This document shows, piece by piece, positions 25,441 to 38,424 of a stretch of DNA of 64,000 nt (the stretch's first letter is position 1; each line of letters starts with the position of its first letter). The notes under the pieces were generated by a model. The model saw only the letters and a program-made list of their open reading frames with translations. It did not search any database and was not told the DNA's origin. The stretch lies in contig NC_058376.1 in the NCBI RefSeq assembly GCF_018350175.1, positions 70,246,001 to 70,310,000 on the forward strand, in the 5' to 3' direction. Source of the DNA: Felis catus (taxonomy: Eukaryota). A program made the translations under genes and the position numbers.

Positions 25441-26302
25441 GGGGCGGCGGGGTGGCTCAGTTGGTTAAGCCTCTGACTTCAGCTCAGGTCATGATCTCAC
25501 GGTTTACGGGTTCGAGCCCCGTGTCGGGCTCTGTGCTGACAGCTCGGAGCCTGGAGCCTGCTTCAGATTCTATGTCTCCTTCTCTCTCTGCCCCTCCCCC
25601 CCTCACACACTGTCTCCCTCTCCTTCAAAAATAAACAAACATCAAAAAAAAATTTTTAAGGGGCGCCTGGGTGGCTCAGTCGGTTGAGGGACTGACTTCG
25701 GCTCAGGTCACGATCTCACAGTTTGTGGGTTCAAGCCCCGCGTCGGGCTCTATGCTGTGACAGCTCAGAGCCTGGAGCCTGCTTCTGATTCTGTGTCTCC
25801 CTCTCTCTCTGCCCCTCCCCCACTCATGCTCTGTCTCTGTCTCAGAAATAAACATTAAAAAAAATTTTTTGGGGGGGCACCTGGGTGGCTCAGTCGGTTG
25901 GGCATCCGACTTCGGCTCAGGTCATGATCTTGTGGTCCGTGAGTTCCAGCCCCGCATCAGGCTCTGTGCTCAGAGCCTGCAGCCTGTTTCAGATTCTGTG
26001 TCTCCCTCTCTCTCTGACCCTCCCCCATTCATGCTCTGTCTCTCTCTGTCTCAAAAATAAATAAACATAAAAAAAATTTTTTTAAGTGTATTTAGGGGCG
26101 CCTGGGTGGCTCAGTCAGTTAAGCATCCAACAGCAGTTCAAGTCATGATCTCATGGTTTGTGGGTTTGAGCCCCGTGTTGGGCTCTGCGCTGACAGCTCA
26201 GAGCCTGGAGCCTGCTTCAGATTCTGTATCTCCCTCTCTCTCTGCCCCTGCCCCACTTGTGCCGCCCCCCTCAAAAATAAACAAACACAAAAAAATTTTT
26301 TT
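25441..26302 (+). mobile_element. Four head-to-tail CAN-SINEs (starts 25441, 25660, about 25874, 26095)
   Basis: Four complete head/(CT)/A-tail units with almost no spacer. Confidence 0.94.
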
Positions 26303-26731
26303 AGGTGTGTCTACACAAAAAGTCTCATTTGTGACAAAGACCTTGAGATGCTAAGGGAAGGGCTAACCTGTCCATGCCCTCTGAGCTAGGGACAGAACCA
26401 GAGCTGGAACCCGGGACGGCCAACCACATCCATGATTCTTGCCACTGGCTCCAAGCAACTCTGAGGTCTATATAAACCCTCTGGAAATAGTTATTGCCAA
26501 TGGTTTTTTAGGCAATGACATAGAAGAAAAGGCTAAAACTCAAAGGAATTTGGAAATAAGCTATCTTCTCTTGATAATGTGGTATTTCCTAATTTAGACA
26601 CATGCATATCTACTCTTTGACATCATAACAATTCTAATATGTAGAATAATACAAAACAAAAGTGATGAAATAGAAAAAAAACAGCAGTTTTACAGTCACA
26701 AAGACCTGGAGCTGACTCAGAGACCATTTCT

Positions 26732-26960
26732 TTTTTTTTTTTTTTTTTTAATTTTTTTTTAATGCTTATTTATTTTTGAGACAGAGGGAGACAGAGCATG
26801 AACGGGGGAGGGTCAGAGAGAGGGAGACACAGAATCGGAAGCAGGCTCCAGGCTCTGAGCTGTCAGCACAGAGCCTGACGCAGGGCTCGAACTCACGGAG
26901 TGTGAGATCACGACCTGAGCCGAAGTCGGATGCTTAACCGACTGAGCCACCCAGGCACCC
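26732..26960 (-). mobile_element. Young CAN-SINE
   Basis: Perfect 16-bp TSD ctcagagaccatttct at 26716-26731 and 26961-26976. Confidence 0.95.
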
Positions 26961-27289
26961 CTCAGAGACCATTTCTAAGTGGGAGACCTTGAGTGGGTCG
27001 CCCTTCGTGTGTCAAATGGTATTAGCTACCTTAGAGTCGGCCAGGTATTCAGCACACAGCAGGTATGCAAAATCTGTTAGTTTCTTCACATCACCATCAA
27101 TTCTAGGGCTTGCAGGGGCTCTAGGGTCATAAGACAAAACACCTCTACTCTGAAAGTCTGTCCCTTCAGAATGCCATGGACTCAAATGGAATTTACTGAC
27201 AAGAAAACATACTCTTTCCTGGAAGCAGCACTTTCCTGAGAAACTTGCATTCACTAGGGAGTCAACCGGCCAGTATCCTCCCATAAAAT

Positions 27290-27740
27290 GCAATAATGCT
27301 ATTTATAATAGCTGAAAAGTGGAAGCAACTCGAGTGTCCACGGATGGATGAACAGACAAACAATGCAGCATACATGTATGAGGGAGTTTCAACCGGCCTT
27401 AAAAAGGAAGCAGATTCTGACACCTGCTACAACATGGATGAACCCTGAAGACATTTTCTGGGTAAAACAAGCCTGACACAGAAGGAAAACTACCGTATGA
27501 GTCTACTTATATGGGGCACCTAGAGGAGCACCTACAGTGGTGGCTTCCAGGGTCGAGAGTGAGGGTACAATCGAGAATTCATGTTTAATGGGCACAGAGT
27601 TTCAGGCTGGGGTAATGAGAAGTTCTGGAAATGGATGGTGGTGCTACTTAGACAACTCGGTGCATGAATGTACTTAATGCCACTGAACTATATACTTTAA
27701 AATGGCTAAAATGCTAAATTTTCTGCAATTAAAAAAACAG
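27290..27740 (+). mobile_element. Old L1M 3' end fragment
   Basis: ctacaacatggatgaaccctgaagacatt...aagttctggaaatggatggtgg...aatgccactgaactatatactttaaaatgg. Confidence 0.8.
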
Positions 27741-27885
27741 CAAAGCTACCCATCTGTCCACGGGGGCCTTGGACTCTGCTTCTGGGGTCTGGGCCACACC
27801 TTGCCATTTCCCTCTATCAGCTCTGCTCTCAGCCTGCCCGGGCTGGGTCTCTCATTATTAACACGTCCCATCCGAGGGCACTCAC

Positions 27886-28090
27886 CGGGCCGCAGGCTCA
27901 GGGCAACCTGCTGGGGCGTCATCTGAATGACATCCGAACTCGTGGGACTGGAGCCCTTGCTGCTGAGAGGCAGGCTTCGCAGGACCCGGGTGCTGCTGGC
28001 TGGGCTCTCAAACTCACCTCCGCAGCCGTTTTTGACCAGGTTTGCCTCCAAGTCACACCTGGAGGTGACTGAGCGCAGGCTGCCGAAGTC
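27886..28090 (-). CDS. ITGB5: Integrin beta-5 exon 3 ([33 protein letters not shown]...[13 protein letters not shown])
   Basis: 205 bp; polypyrimidine tract then cctag|GAC acceptor, donor CCG|gtgag; PSI/hybrid domain sequence. Confidence 0.97.
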
Positions 28091-28904
28091 CTAGGTGCAG
28101 AGACAGAGGAGGAGAGAGCACACGGTGGTCAGGCTGTCTTTCCAGAGCACCTCAGGTGGCAGACCCATCACCATCTCGTGGACCTGAAACCCTCTGCACT
28201 CCATTTTTATCGTCTGAAAGCGGTAAAAGTGATAGCATAGACCCCAATATGCCTCACCGAGGATTACAAGAGTTGATTAAAGTACTGGATATGACTGCAC
28301 TTTGTAAACTGTAAACGCATAATGAAACTGTTTCATTTCACTATTCCTTTAATGGTCAAAATTCTCCTGAAAAAATGCATGTGTCTACATGATTAGCGGG
28401 GGGGGAAGTAACTGGTCAGTTATACAACTGAAAAATTTTGAAAGATGCTATATAAGTGGACAAGTAGTCATTCAGGCAATAAAGAGGTAACTTTTGAGCC
28501 GTCCACTCATCTACTGTGCAGGACCTGTACATTCTGCACAGTCATTCTGTTAGACAACATGGCAACGAACACAGTGCCCTTTGACGCAGCGGTCCACTCC
28601 TAGGAATTTATCACAAGAAATCAATCAGAAGGGGAGACTCTATAAGAAGATATATACTGCAGCGTTATTTAGAATAGCATGATCTTATAAACCTAAATCC
28701 CCAAATGATAAGAAAAACATGGTATATGATCTCCAAACACAGTCATTCAAAACTATGAAGACTAAATCAGAAAATACAATCATAGCTGCATTGGGATTCA
28801 AAACTAAAGTTTTTTTTAATTAAGGATAGTTGAGGCATTGGAGTGACTAAAACTATATTTTGTATTATCTTTACTGTTATTTGAATAATAAACAAGAAAG
28901 GTAC

Positions 28905-29138
28905 TTTCTTTTCTTTTTTCTTAAAAATTTTTTAATGTTTGTTTATTTTTGAGAGAGAGAGAGAGAGAAAGTGTGAGCAGGCAAGGGATAGAAAGAGAAG
29001 GGGACACAGAATCCGAAGCAGGCTCCAGGCTCTGAGCTGTCAACACAGAGACCGACGCAGGGCTCGAGCTCATGAACCATGAGATCATGACCTGAGCTGA
29101 AGACAGACGCTTAACTGACTGAGCCACCCAGGTGCCCC
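28905..29138 (-). mobile_element. CAN-SINE
   Basis: Reverse consensus; TSD actttctttttctt-like. Confidence 0.92.
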
Positions 29139-29732
29139 GACACTTTCTTTTCTTAAGCTGGATTTAGGAGAAGGTTGTGTATCAGATTGACCCAACCTTA
29201 TCTGGGCATCAGGAGTTTAGGCCACTCACTTTAAAATGAAATAATATACTCTGTTATAAAATATGGTACTTATAAGTATTCCTCATTTTGCAGTAAGGGG
29301 ATTTTCAACAGCAAAGTAAACCCAAGATTCTCTCTGAACATCCTTTCACTGATGGATGTAGAAAATAAGATCACCTCCACCAGCTGGCTGAATGCCAGTA
29401 CTCGATTAGATAATCCTTGTAATAGCTAGAGGAGTTACAATGCTGATCTCTTCCCCTCCCCTCTGTAACATTTTGTCAGAGAGCCTCAAATGATTCAAGT
29501 GTCCTGACTGCTGTGTTAAGAGCCAGACTGCTGGGAGAAGCACAGACACTCGGAGGACTCGCCGTTTGTTCATCATGGTCCAGGATGCCCCAGGACTAGC
29601 CAATGCCTATTAGAGCCTTCACAAGGTTCAAGACCAAGAAGTCAAGAACAATTTGCAGTGTTTTTATATAAGTAAAACCAGATGTGTTGTTCTGGGCCTC
29701 TGTGATTTTGTTGGTGTTTTTTGTTTCATAAT

Positions 29733-29769
<37 letters not shown>

Positions 29770-30934
29770 TATATTGAACCCCTGGGATCTTGCCTGTCAA
29801 CCTCAGGGCTGGTACTGTAAGTATAAGTGGCTCCAGACACTTGTGGAACAGGTGAGAAAAATAATGATTCCAGCTAAAACTAATTATCCTTGAAATTATA
29901 CAGGATTTCAAAGCTAGGCTTTCCAAACTAGGTTCCACATGGCCAAGTTCGGCTCTGATGTAGACATTCTAATGAAGCAGTACAAAAGCACAGGGATGGG
30001 GGAAGGGAGAGGTCTGCAGTCCTGAGCTGTCTGCAGCGGAGGTCTAATTGGCTGTCCAGAGCTGGAAGGGCTCGGGGGCTCGCCTGCTCAGAGCCTACTT
30101 GGCGAAAATTTCTGAACTTCTTGCTGACATACTAGGCCTTGCTGCCAGCTCCTCCAATTCTGACGAGCTGGTCGTGCTTGGCCCAGTTCTGATTGTCAAG
30201 GTACACCGTCTTGAGCTGTCCAGGGCAAAACTCTGCCATCAGGTTGGCAATGAAAGAAAGCATCTTTGGTATCCCCAGAGTGACAGGGAGCCCTGACATC
30301 CCTCCCATTGGTCTGGAGCAGCTTGCATTCTAAAACAGACTAGGTTACAGAGCCAACGTGCTTCCTGCAGGAGGTGGTTGCATGATTCCTAGTCCATAGC
30401 CTTGGCGATTCATTTCAGCTTGGCCATCGAGATCATGCCCTACAGCCCAGACACCAGCATTAGCAGTGAACTTCATCCAAGCTTCCTAGTCGTCCTGCTC
30501 AAAAGATTTTTGACAGACACTACCAGTCCTTGATGGAGAACTTGTACAGGGCCACCTGCTGGCCAGGGGAGATGCACCTGCTAGGATCATCAGCCGACTT
30601 AATTAGAGTCCAGGTCATCCTTCCTAGACCTGACGGCCACACCCGTGCCAAGTACAGCCTTCTCTGTGTGTCTGGCTTTCTCAATGGTACTCGAGCAGCT
30701 CTGAGGCCTCTTTCATCTCTAGGATGTTAGGAGCAACGCTCTCTTCATTCCCCTCACTGGTAGCAGCTTAGGTCTCCTTAATAATATTCTTCGAGGTTGT
30801 GGTAAACCTTCACTACAATGCACGTGGCTTCCTGGAAGTTTGCTGTGCAGCCAAGGGAGGGCCACTGACCTTTGTATTGTCACCTGGTTGCCAGTATGAG
30901 AACTACCAATGACCATATTAAAACCGCAACTCGT

Positions 30935-31050
30935 GGGGCAGCTGGCTGGTTCAGCTGGTGGAGCATGTGACTCTTGATCTAGGGATCGTGAGTTCAAGCC
31001 CCACATCGGGCATACAGCTTACTATAAAAACAAAACAAAACAAAACTCTC
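30935..31050 (+). mobile_element. Short old tRNA-like CAN-SINE
   Basis: ggggcagctggctggttcagctggtggagcatgtgactcttgatc...gagttcaagcccc plus A-rich tail. Confidence 0.8.
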
Positions 31051-31638
31051 AAGGTGACTTCAGTAGTGCCAACCAAGTCAGAAAGGGGACACTACAGAGA
31101 GCCCCCTTCTCAGCACACAGCCAGGGACACCCTACAACGGCACCTACACCAAATTTAGACTTAGTCTCAGTGACCTCCACCTCTATCATCAGGTTGTCAA
31201 CCTTCTCCTATTTCACCAAGTTCAGTGTCTTGTTATTTGGGGCAGGCCCAATGGTTTCACTGATGTGTTCAACAGCCTTTGAGACATCTTTACCTATTAT
31301 TTGAGCCTTGTCATTGTCCCAGGGCTCTAAGGCCTCAAGGACACCACCTGAGGCACCTCTGAGCTTAGCAGGTCTGAAGCACCTTTCAAGAGTAAGGCAG
31401 CTCCCTCAGTGGTGGGATTCCCACAGTAGTTGAAGGTCCATCTGGCACAGTCTTCCGAAAATAGCCAAGACTAATTTCCAGCCATAGGTTCTTGCTGGTC
31501 AAGCAAAGGACAGAGTGCTGCAGGCCCAACAGGAGTGCTGACCCCACAAGCCCAGGTGAGTCTCCTCTATTCCTGAACTCCTTTCTAGATAGTTTAATTT
31601 TGAAGGAAAACAGATGCATATTTAAAGACAAGGACCTA

Positions 31639-31868
31639 GGGGCGCCTGGGTGGCTCAGTCAGTTAAGCATCCAACTCTTGATTTCTGCTCAGGTCATGAT
31701 CTCACGGTTCATGGGATCGAGCCCCTGCATTGGTATCCACAATGGCAGAGCAGAGCCTGCTTGGGATTCTCTCTCTCCCTCTCTCTCTGCCCCTCCCTTG
31801 CTCATGTACGCTCTCTCAAAATAAATAATCAAATCAGTTAATTAATTAATTTAAAAAACAAAATAAAC
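31639..31868 (+). mobile_element. CAN-SINE
   Basis: Consensus; TSD ggaccta. Confidence 0.9.
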
Positions 31869-34288
31869 ACAGGGACCTAAAACCACAGAGATCAGGGGCA
31901 TACACTGTAGTGGTTATAACCTTCCAGATATGCAAGCATTATAAATAAAAGGAAATGTCTCAATATCTCCATTTTAGGCTTCAATTCTGTGAATGCAGAT
32001 GCCCCAAACCATAAACCCCGGGAGGAAAGAAAGACTCATGATTGAGAAAAATCTTCCTCACATGAATGACATCCTGCTATCTGATGTGTTAAGAGTCTTC
32101 AGATCCCAGAGGCCGGATATTTGGAACCTCTCCAGGTGTCAGAATAGAGTGAGTTCCAAGGGGAATGGCCTTCAGATGCACCACCTGGTGTCAGCCCCTC
32201 CTCTCTATGCGTGAGGAATCAGAGGCCCACATGCCAAAGTTCATGCCAAACTTCACCCAAGAAATTCAAATTCATCCGGCCTCAGCTGCCTGGACCGCAG
32301 TGCTCTTTGCATCACCTACCTTCCATCTCAAACAAGGCCATGGCTGAATTCTGCAGCAAGAAACTAACTCTGGGTCCCCGGATTCCATCCCTCTGAATTT
32401 AGTACTTCCTTGCTGCCCCCAAGGCAGAGATCTTCCTGCCATCTATCAAACTTGGAGGATAAATATTCTCTCTTATGCAGAAAAACAGGTACGGAAGGAG
32501 AGTGGGGACTTCATCTCAACTTGGAAAAATGGAAACTAGTTTCAGGAAGGGCTTCTAATTGGGCACAGCTCAACCATTGCAGGTGCTCCCGATGCTCGAT
32601 GCTAAAAGTTTCACTTCATGGAGGAAGCATCTGTCCGTGGTCTCCAGAAACGCATCCATCAACCCTCCAAGGACTCATAAAAGGAAACTGCATTACAGGC
32701 AAACTTCCAAAAGAAGCAACAGAATGGGAACAGGAACTTGAAACATCTTTTATGGCTTTTAGTCACTATGCGGTGATATAAAAAAGAAAACGGAAGTGTT
32801 CCAAATTTAGATCCCTTTTAATTTGCTACCACATTGGCCTTTGCAAGTTGTTTTAACTTGCTCTCTTTCGCTCCCTCCATCACCTACCATGTAGAAGATA
32901 CAGTGAGCTCCACTGTTTGTAACATTGTAACACCTAGCTCCCTGTACCCTTGGCTCACCAAAATCTCTCTCCCTGCAGTGAAGGCCTGTGCCTGCATCGC
33001 CGCCAGTGCGATCAGGTTCATTCAGGTTCTAGTACCCCATCCTGCCTACTCTGGCTGAAGGTTGAAACTCTAAAAAGATGTGGGTGGTGGTTTGGGGGAA
33101 AGGGTGGATTTTTGTTTGTCTCTGAAACAGCAGGGGTGGGTGAGCTGAGAAACTTTCAGACCCTGGGAGAAGAGGAACCTAGGCAGGAAAGAGGCAGACA
33201 GTCCCAATTTCTGGGATGAAAAGGGAAGAAACAAACTTGTGAATGGGCAGAGAGCCTGGCAGAGAAGTGGGCACAGGTGGGGAGCTGACCACCATCTGAG
33301 GCTGGCCTCTTCCCCGGGATATGGCAGGGCCAGGCCAGCCCCTCAGAGCCCGAGTGGATGTGGGGGCAGTGAGGGGAGAGGGTAAGCGATCCAAACTGAA
33401 ATCTGTGCATGAGCAACACCCTCCCACATGTACCCTCTGCCCCGGGGATGGAGAAATCCCTCCGGCAGCTTTCAGGCGACTCATTTAATTCACTGAACAA
33501 ATATTTATGAAGCATCCACAATAGGCCAAGATTATTCCTTTCATGACCACAAAGAGATGCTCTCAAAGAACCTATATTTTATTGTGAGCTGGAGTGAATG
33601 CTCATTTTTTTTTTCTTCATTTCCTCCTAGCTCAAAGGAAAATACAGGCAATGTCTCATTTACGCCCCAGCCACCATAATTTCCCCAGAAGGTCCACTTG
33701 GCCTGTCTTGTTTCCCAGCTTCTAAAAAGTCCCCTTCCTCATTTTCCTGCACCCGGCCCTATTGGCCCTTCATTTCTGCCTCTCCATGTCTACCTCCCCG
33801 GCAAAGACCCCTCACCCTGGCCCAGGCTTCCCCAGTCTTCTTCCACATCCATCCCCATTTCCTCCTATCCAAACACCACAAGCCAGCGGCCTTGCCTCCC
33901 TGGTTCTTCTCCTTCTGGCTTCTCAGCAGCCTGCACTGCCATGGACACAAGGTGCCTCACTGTCATGCCCAACAGACTCCCCACTTCCCCAGTCCTGTAT
34001 GCAATCCCCTAGCCTATCTTTGTCTCCACTCGCACAAACTCTGCTCTCTCTATCCTCATAGGGAGCCTGGGTGCTTCAGCCCTGTCCACTTCTCCCAAAC
34101 CATCGTCCTCCTACAAGCCACACTGGCTTCCCTGCTTCGAGCACATTCTGCTCATGCACAGGGTCTCCCTGGGCACACAGCTAGGTCTGGTCTCCCAGTT
34201 CTCACTGCACGTAGGCAAAGTGATGTGACTGGGTCATAGGCAAGAAAGTGTGTGTAGAAACAATGCAGGCTGCCCGGAGCCTCCGAAA

Positions 34289-34293
34289 GCGCG

Positions 34294-34336
<43 letters not shown>
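34289..34336. repeat. (GC)7(AC)16 compound dinucleotide repeat
   Basis: Directly visible. Confidence 0.95.
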
Positions 34337-34707
34337 CATGCCCTGCAAATTCCTCTTCACAGCTAACTGGGTTGTGAAACTTATAATCTTAGATCAGGGG
34401 AAATTTTCCACTAAAAAAAAAAAAATGACAGACAAAATGGATAATAAGCTGCTGGGGTTTGTTGTGTGTTTCATCCTGTGCAGTACAAAGAGCCCCATAA
34501 GTGTTCGTGTTGGTTGAAAAGCAGGGGCCATGGGGGTATCACAAAGTATTAGGGGCAGGGGCTGAGGTGTGCAATGGGAACAGGTGAGGACAGGCAGCCT
34601 CCTACACTCCTGGTCTCAGAGTACAAAAAAGCCTGGCAATTCTGGTCTTGAAGCCAGAGGGTGAGTCTGAAGCCACCAGTAAACTACATCAGGAAACAAA
34701 GACAAAG

Positions 34708-35105
34708 AGGGATGTCTGGTTGGCATCAGTTGGTTGAGCGTCCCACTCTTGATTTCAGTTCAGGTCATGCTCTCACAGTTCGTGAGTTCGAGCCCTGTGT
34801 CAGGCTCTGTGCTGACNNNNNNNNNNNNNNNNNNNNNNNNNNNNNNNNNNNNNNNNNNNNNNNNNNNNNNNNNNNNNNNNNNNNNNNNNNNNNNNNNNNN
34901 NNNNNNNNNNNNNNNNNNNNNNNNNNNNNNNNNNNNNNNNNNNNNNNNNNNNNNNNNNNNNNNNNNNNNNNNNNNNNGGTTGACAAGGCCATTCAGGGGG
35001 CACCTGGCTGCCTCAGTCAGTAAAGCATGTGACTCTTGATCTTGGGGTTGTGAGTTCGAGCCCCATGTTGGGCATAGCGATTACTTAAAAATAAAATCTT
35101 AAAAA

Positions 35106-35149
<44 letters not shown>

Positions 35150-35150
35150 C
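34708..35150 (+). mobile_element. CAN-SINE (into N gap), then a short CAN-SINE (from about 34996) followed by (GA)n
   Basis: Consensus heads; (GA)n at about 35108-35148. Confidence 0.85.
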
Positions 35151-36994
35151 AGGCAACACAGCAGAACTGGGTAGAGAACCACAGTGAGGTGCTGAGCAGG
35201 AGCTGACCAAGAGCAGACTCAAACTCGATACCGGTGGGAGAATACAGTGATGGGAGGGCAGACTGGGTAGATGTGGAATTAGGTTATAAGGAATGTTAAA
35301 TGCAGAGTGAGGATCCCTACCCCACCTCAAGTAAAATAAGAAAGCACGGTGAGTTCAAGAGCAGGGGAGTCTTGATGGAATATGTTCTGAGATTAATCTG
35401 TGCTGGTGTGCAACGACAAGGCAGGTGGGTGGATCAGAATCCACACAAACACACTGATTAGGGACCTGGCCCTCCCTGGCTGTCCATTAGGCACCAGCCC
35501 TCAATGTACATACACATCATACACTCTTGGCCACGCATTACCTCTCTGATGACGTCCCAGGATATATGGTTAAGAAGGCACTCGGCCACACTTACTCTGT
35601 CTTGCTAAAGGGCAGAGACTGATCAAAAACTATTCCTGAACTCTCCAAACTCAGCTCCCTGAAATACACTCAGGCCCCAGGGGCAGTTCGCCCCAAGAAA
35701 ATGAGGAGTTCTTCAACCAAGACTGAGGCTCCGCCGAAGCACAGGGAACCAGATGGGCTAGAGAGGGAACCCAAGTGTGGCCTGGGACAATGACATGTTC
35801 CTTGAGATAATGTCATTCACTATCAATATTAGGACATCAGACTCGCAGAGGTACTAGCACAAGAAAAGGAAGAAAACCAAAGTAGACCACTGACCCTGGC
35901 TTCCAGATCCCACTGCCTACATTTACTAGAAAATGTCACCGACAACAGAAGCAGTTTGCTGGATAATACTCCTTCTGTTAATCAGCAGTCCCATTCACAA
36001 ACCCTCTCACGGCCTGATCTCATTCTACACTCCCAGTTATGCTGGAGGGTGGGAGCTGTCACCTTCGTTTTACATATCAAGAAACTGGGAGGAAATATGG
36101 CAAAACTGAGATTTAAACTTTGGTTTTCTAACGACATGTTGTTTAAGCCCACCTCTTTTATTCAATAGGAATTTCTGCCAGATTCTTGGCTGAATCTGGA
36201 GAGGCCAAGATGAGTAAGACATAGTTTAGATTTTCAAGAAGATGATTTAGTCAGTAACTGACCTGAAAACAAATTAATAACAATAAAAGGTTATAAGTGC
36301 TACCAATGAAGTACAGAATATGGGGAGACAAAGAGGTGGTCATGGCCTGCACGTGCAGATAATCAATAGCAATCCAGTGAAAGCCTTCAGCCAGTATTTA
36401 TTGAGCAACTACTGTGTGCCAGGTTAACGCTCTGGGTACTGGGGATCCAGCAATGCAGAAGACAGATAAAACCCCTGCCCCAACATTCGGGAAGAGAGAG
36501 ATAACATTTCCTTGCCGAATGGCGTGGATGGACTGAGGGATGGATAGGTGGACAGATGTGTCTGGGAAAACCATGAAAGTCTTCATAGAGGAGATGAGTC
36601 TTGAACTGATTCTTGAAAACAGGGGAAGACAAATGTTGGTCAGGAAAAGGGGGGAAGCACAGGAGCACGCACAGGAAAAACCATGAGGGTATTCATCAGG
36701 CAGGGCTCTCTAGGGATCTTTGGGTAGTTCCCTCTGACCAAAGTGCTGGGGGCAGGCAAGTGATGATGGTGGGGAGGCAGGTGGGGGCCAAGGAACTTGG
36801 ATTTGTCATGCAAGTCATAGGGTACCAGTGAAAGGTTTTAAAGAAATTTCATAATAAACACACCACAATTAAGCACAAACACAATGAAGGTTCATACATT
36901 GAGAAGATTTCTTGGGATAAATTTATTGGGATTGGAATCACTTATTTAGTAATCTTACTCTCTACTAAAAAAAAATTCGAGAGGTCACACTTGA

Positions 36995-37205
36995 GAGGCC
37001 GAGTGGCCTTGAGGAAAGAGCTTGGACTCAGAAGTCCAAGAAGGCAGACTGAAACTCAGCTTTGGCACAATGCGTAGTCTTGAAAAAGTCACTTCACCTC
37101 TCTGAGCCTTCAATTTTCATCAATAAAATGGTTGTTATTCCCACCTACCTGACGGAGCTGTGGTGAGGGTTGGAGATGCCATGTAAAAGGTGTGCGGTAT
37201 CTAGC
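36995..37205 (+). mobile_element. MIR SINE relic
   Basis: aagtcacttcacctctctgagccttcaattttcatcaataaaatgg is the MIR core. Confidence 0.7.
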
Positions 37206-37995
37206 GGGGCTCCCCACACGACCATCTGTAGCCATCGAAGAGGAAACCAATCCCTAGGCTCTGAGGCTGCATCGTGGTGAAGAAGCGTGGCCTCCCAGGA
37301 GCCCTCTCTTGTCCTCCTGACAGGCCCCACGCACTGAATTGCAGACACTTAGCCAGTGCGAGATAGCAAGTCTTAGCTTCTTCAAAAAATAACCTTAACA
37401 GGGTGCTTGTGCAAAGAGGGTCTGTGCCCTGTGCTTCTGACAATAGTTTTGACAAGTGATCCAGAAATGTCCTTCAAGAGAGGAATTTTAGAAATTGATC
37501 ATTTGCTGATGAGCACACCAAGCTCTGGTATTTGCATCGCTTTGTGAAAGCAGTATGCCTAACATCTTTCTGAACTTATAACCCTTCTTACAGGGTGGGA
37601 AGAAACAGCAACCATTATTTTTAACTATTCCATAAAGGCTTTCTCATAATACTCATCCTCAGACGAGCCCCATGAAGATGACTGGCCTCCACAAACATGC
37701 CACCCACCCCTGTAGGTTCTGAACTGTCACACAACAACTCACTTCACATGCTCACATCTCTTACCAAAGAGCAGAAAACCATACGAGGGTCATAACTGGC
37801 TTCCCCACAAGGGGAAGGAAGGCCCTGTTTTCCTAAAATAGGGTGAAAACACTCAACACGATCTGAAGACCCATGTTATAAATGCCCTAGAAAAAAAAAA
37901 GAGGAAGACGCAGTCTGCAGAATTTTCTGCACAGTCAACTTGCGAGCCGTGGGGTAGCCTGCCCCTTCTTCTCCACCCCCACCCCGGCCACATAC

Positions 37996-38081
37996 CTCTT
38001 TGAAGCACCAGGCACATTTCGGATGGATTAACAGACATTCTTCACACGAGGTGGCACTTCCACTAGTGCATATGTTAAGAC
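37996..38081 (-). CDS. ITGB5: Integrin beta-5 exon 2 (PSI domain, [29 protein letters not shown])
   Basis: 86 bp; acceptor tctttgaag|G, donor GAG|gtatg; phase fits exon 1; integrin PSI cysteine pattern. Confidence 0.97.
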
Positions 38082-38424
38082 CTTCAAAGAAAGATAAAGA
38101 TGCGCCAATTAGTTCCAGGCCATAAACCTGACTGATGAGGCTTTTGTACGGGGTGGGGGGAGGGGTCACTTCCTTTTTTAACAGGGAGCCTGGGTAAGGC
38201 TGAAGGGTACAGGCCCCAGTGCTAATCGCAGGTTAAGGCTCATTGGCCGCGCCCTAAACGCTGCGACAGTATTTGAAGCGCTCACCGAGCGTGCCCACTA
38301 GCGTGAGCAACTCCCATTACCTCTGCTGGATCCCCGTGGATTTCCAGCCCCATCACACAGGAGGGCCTCCCTCACCGAAGGGCTCATTACACTCAGTCCA
38401 GCCAAAATGACAAAAAGAAATTGT

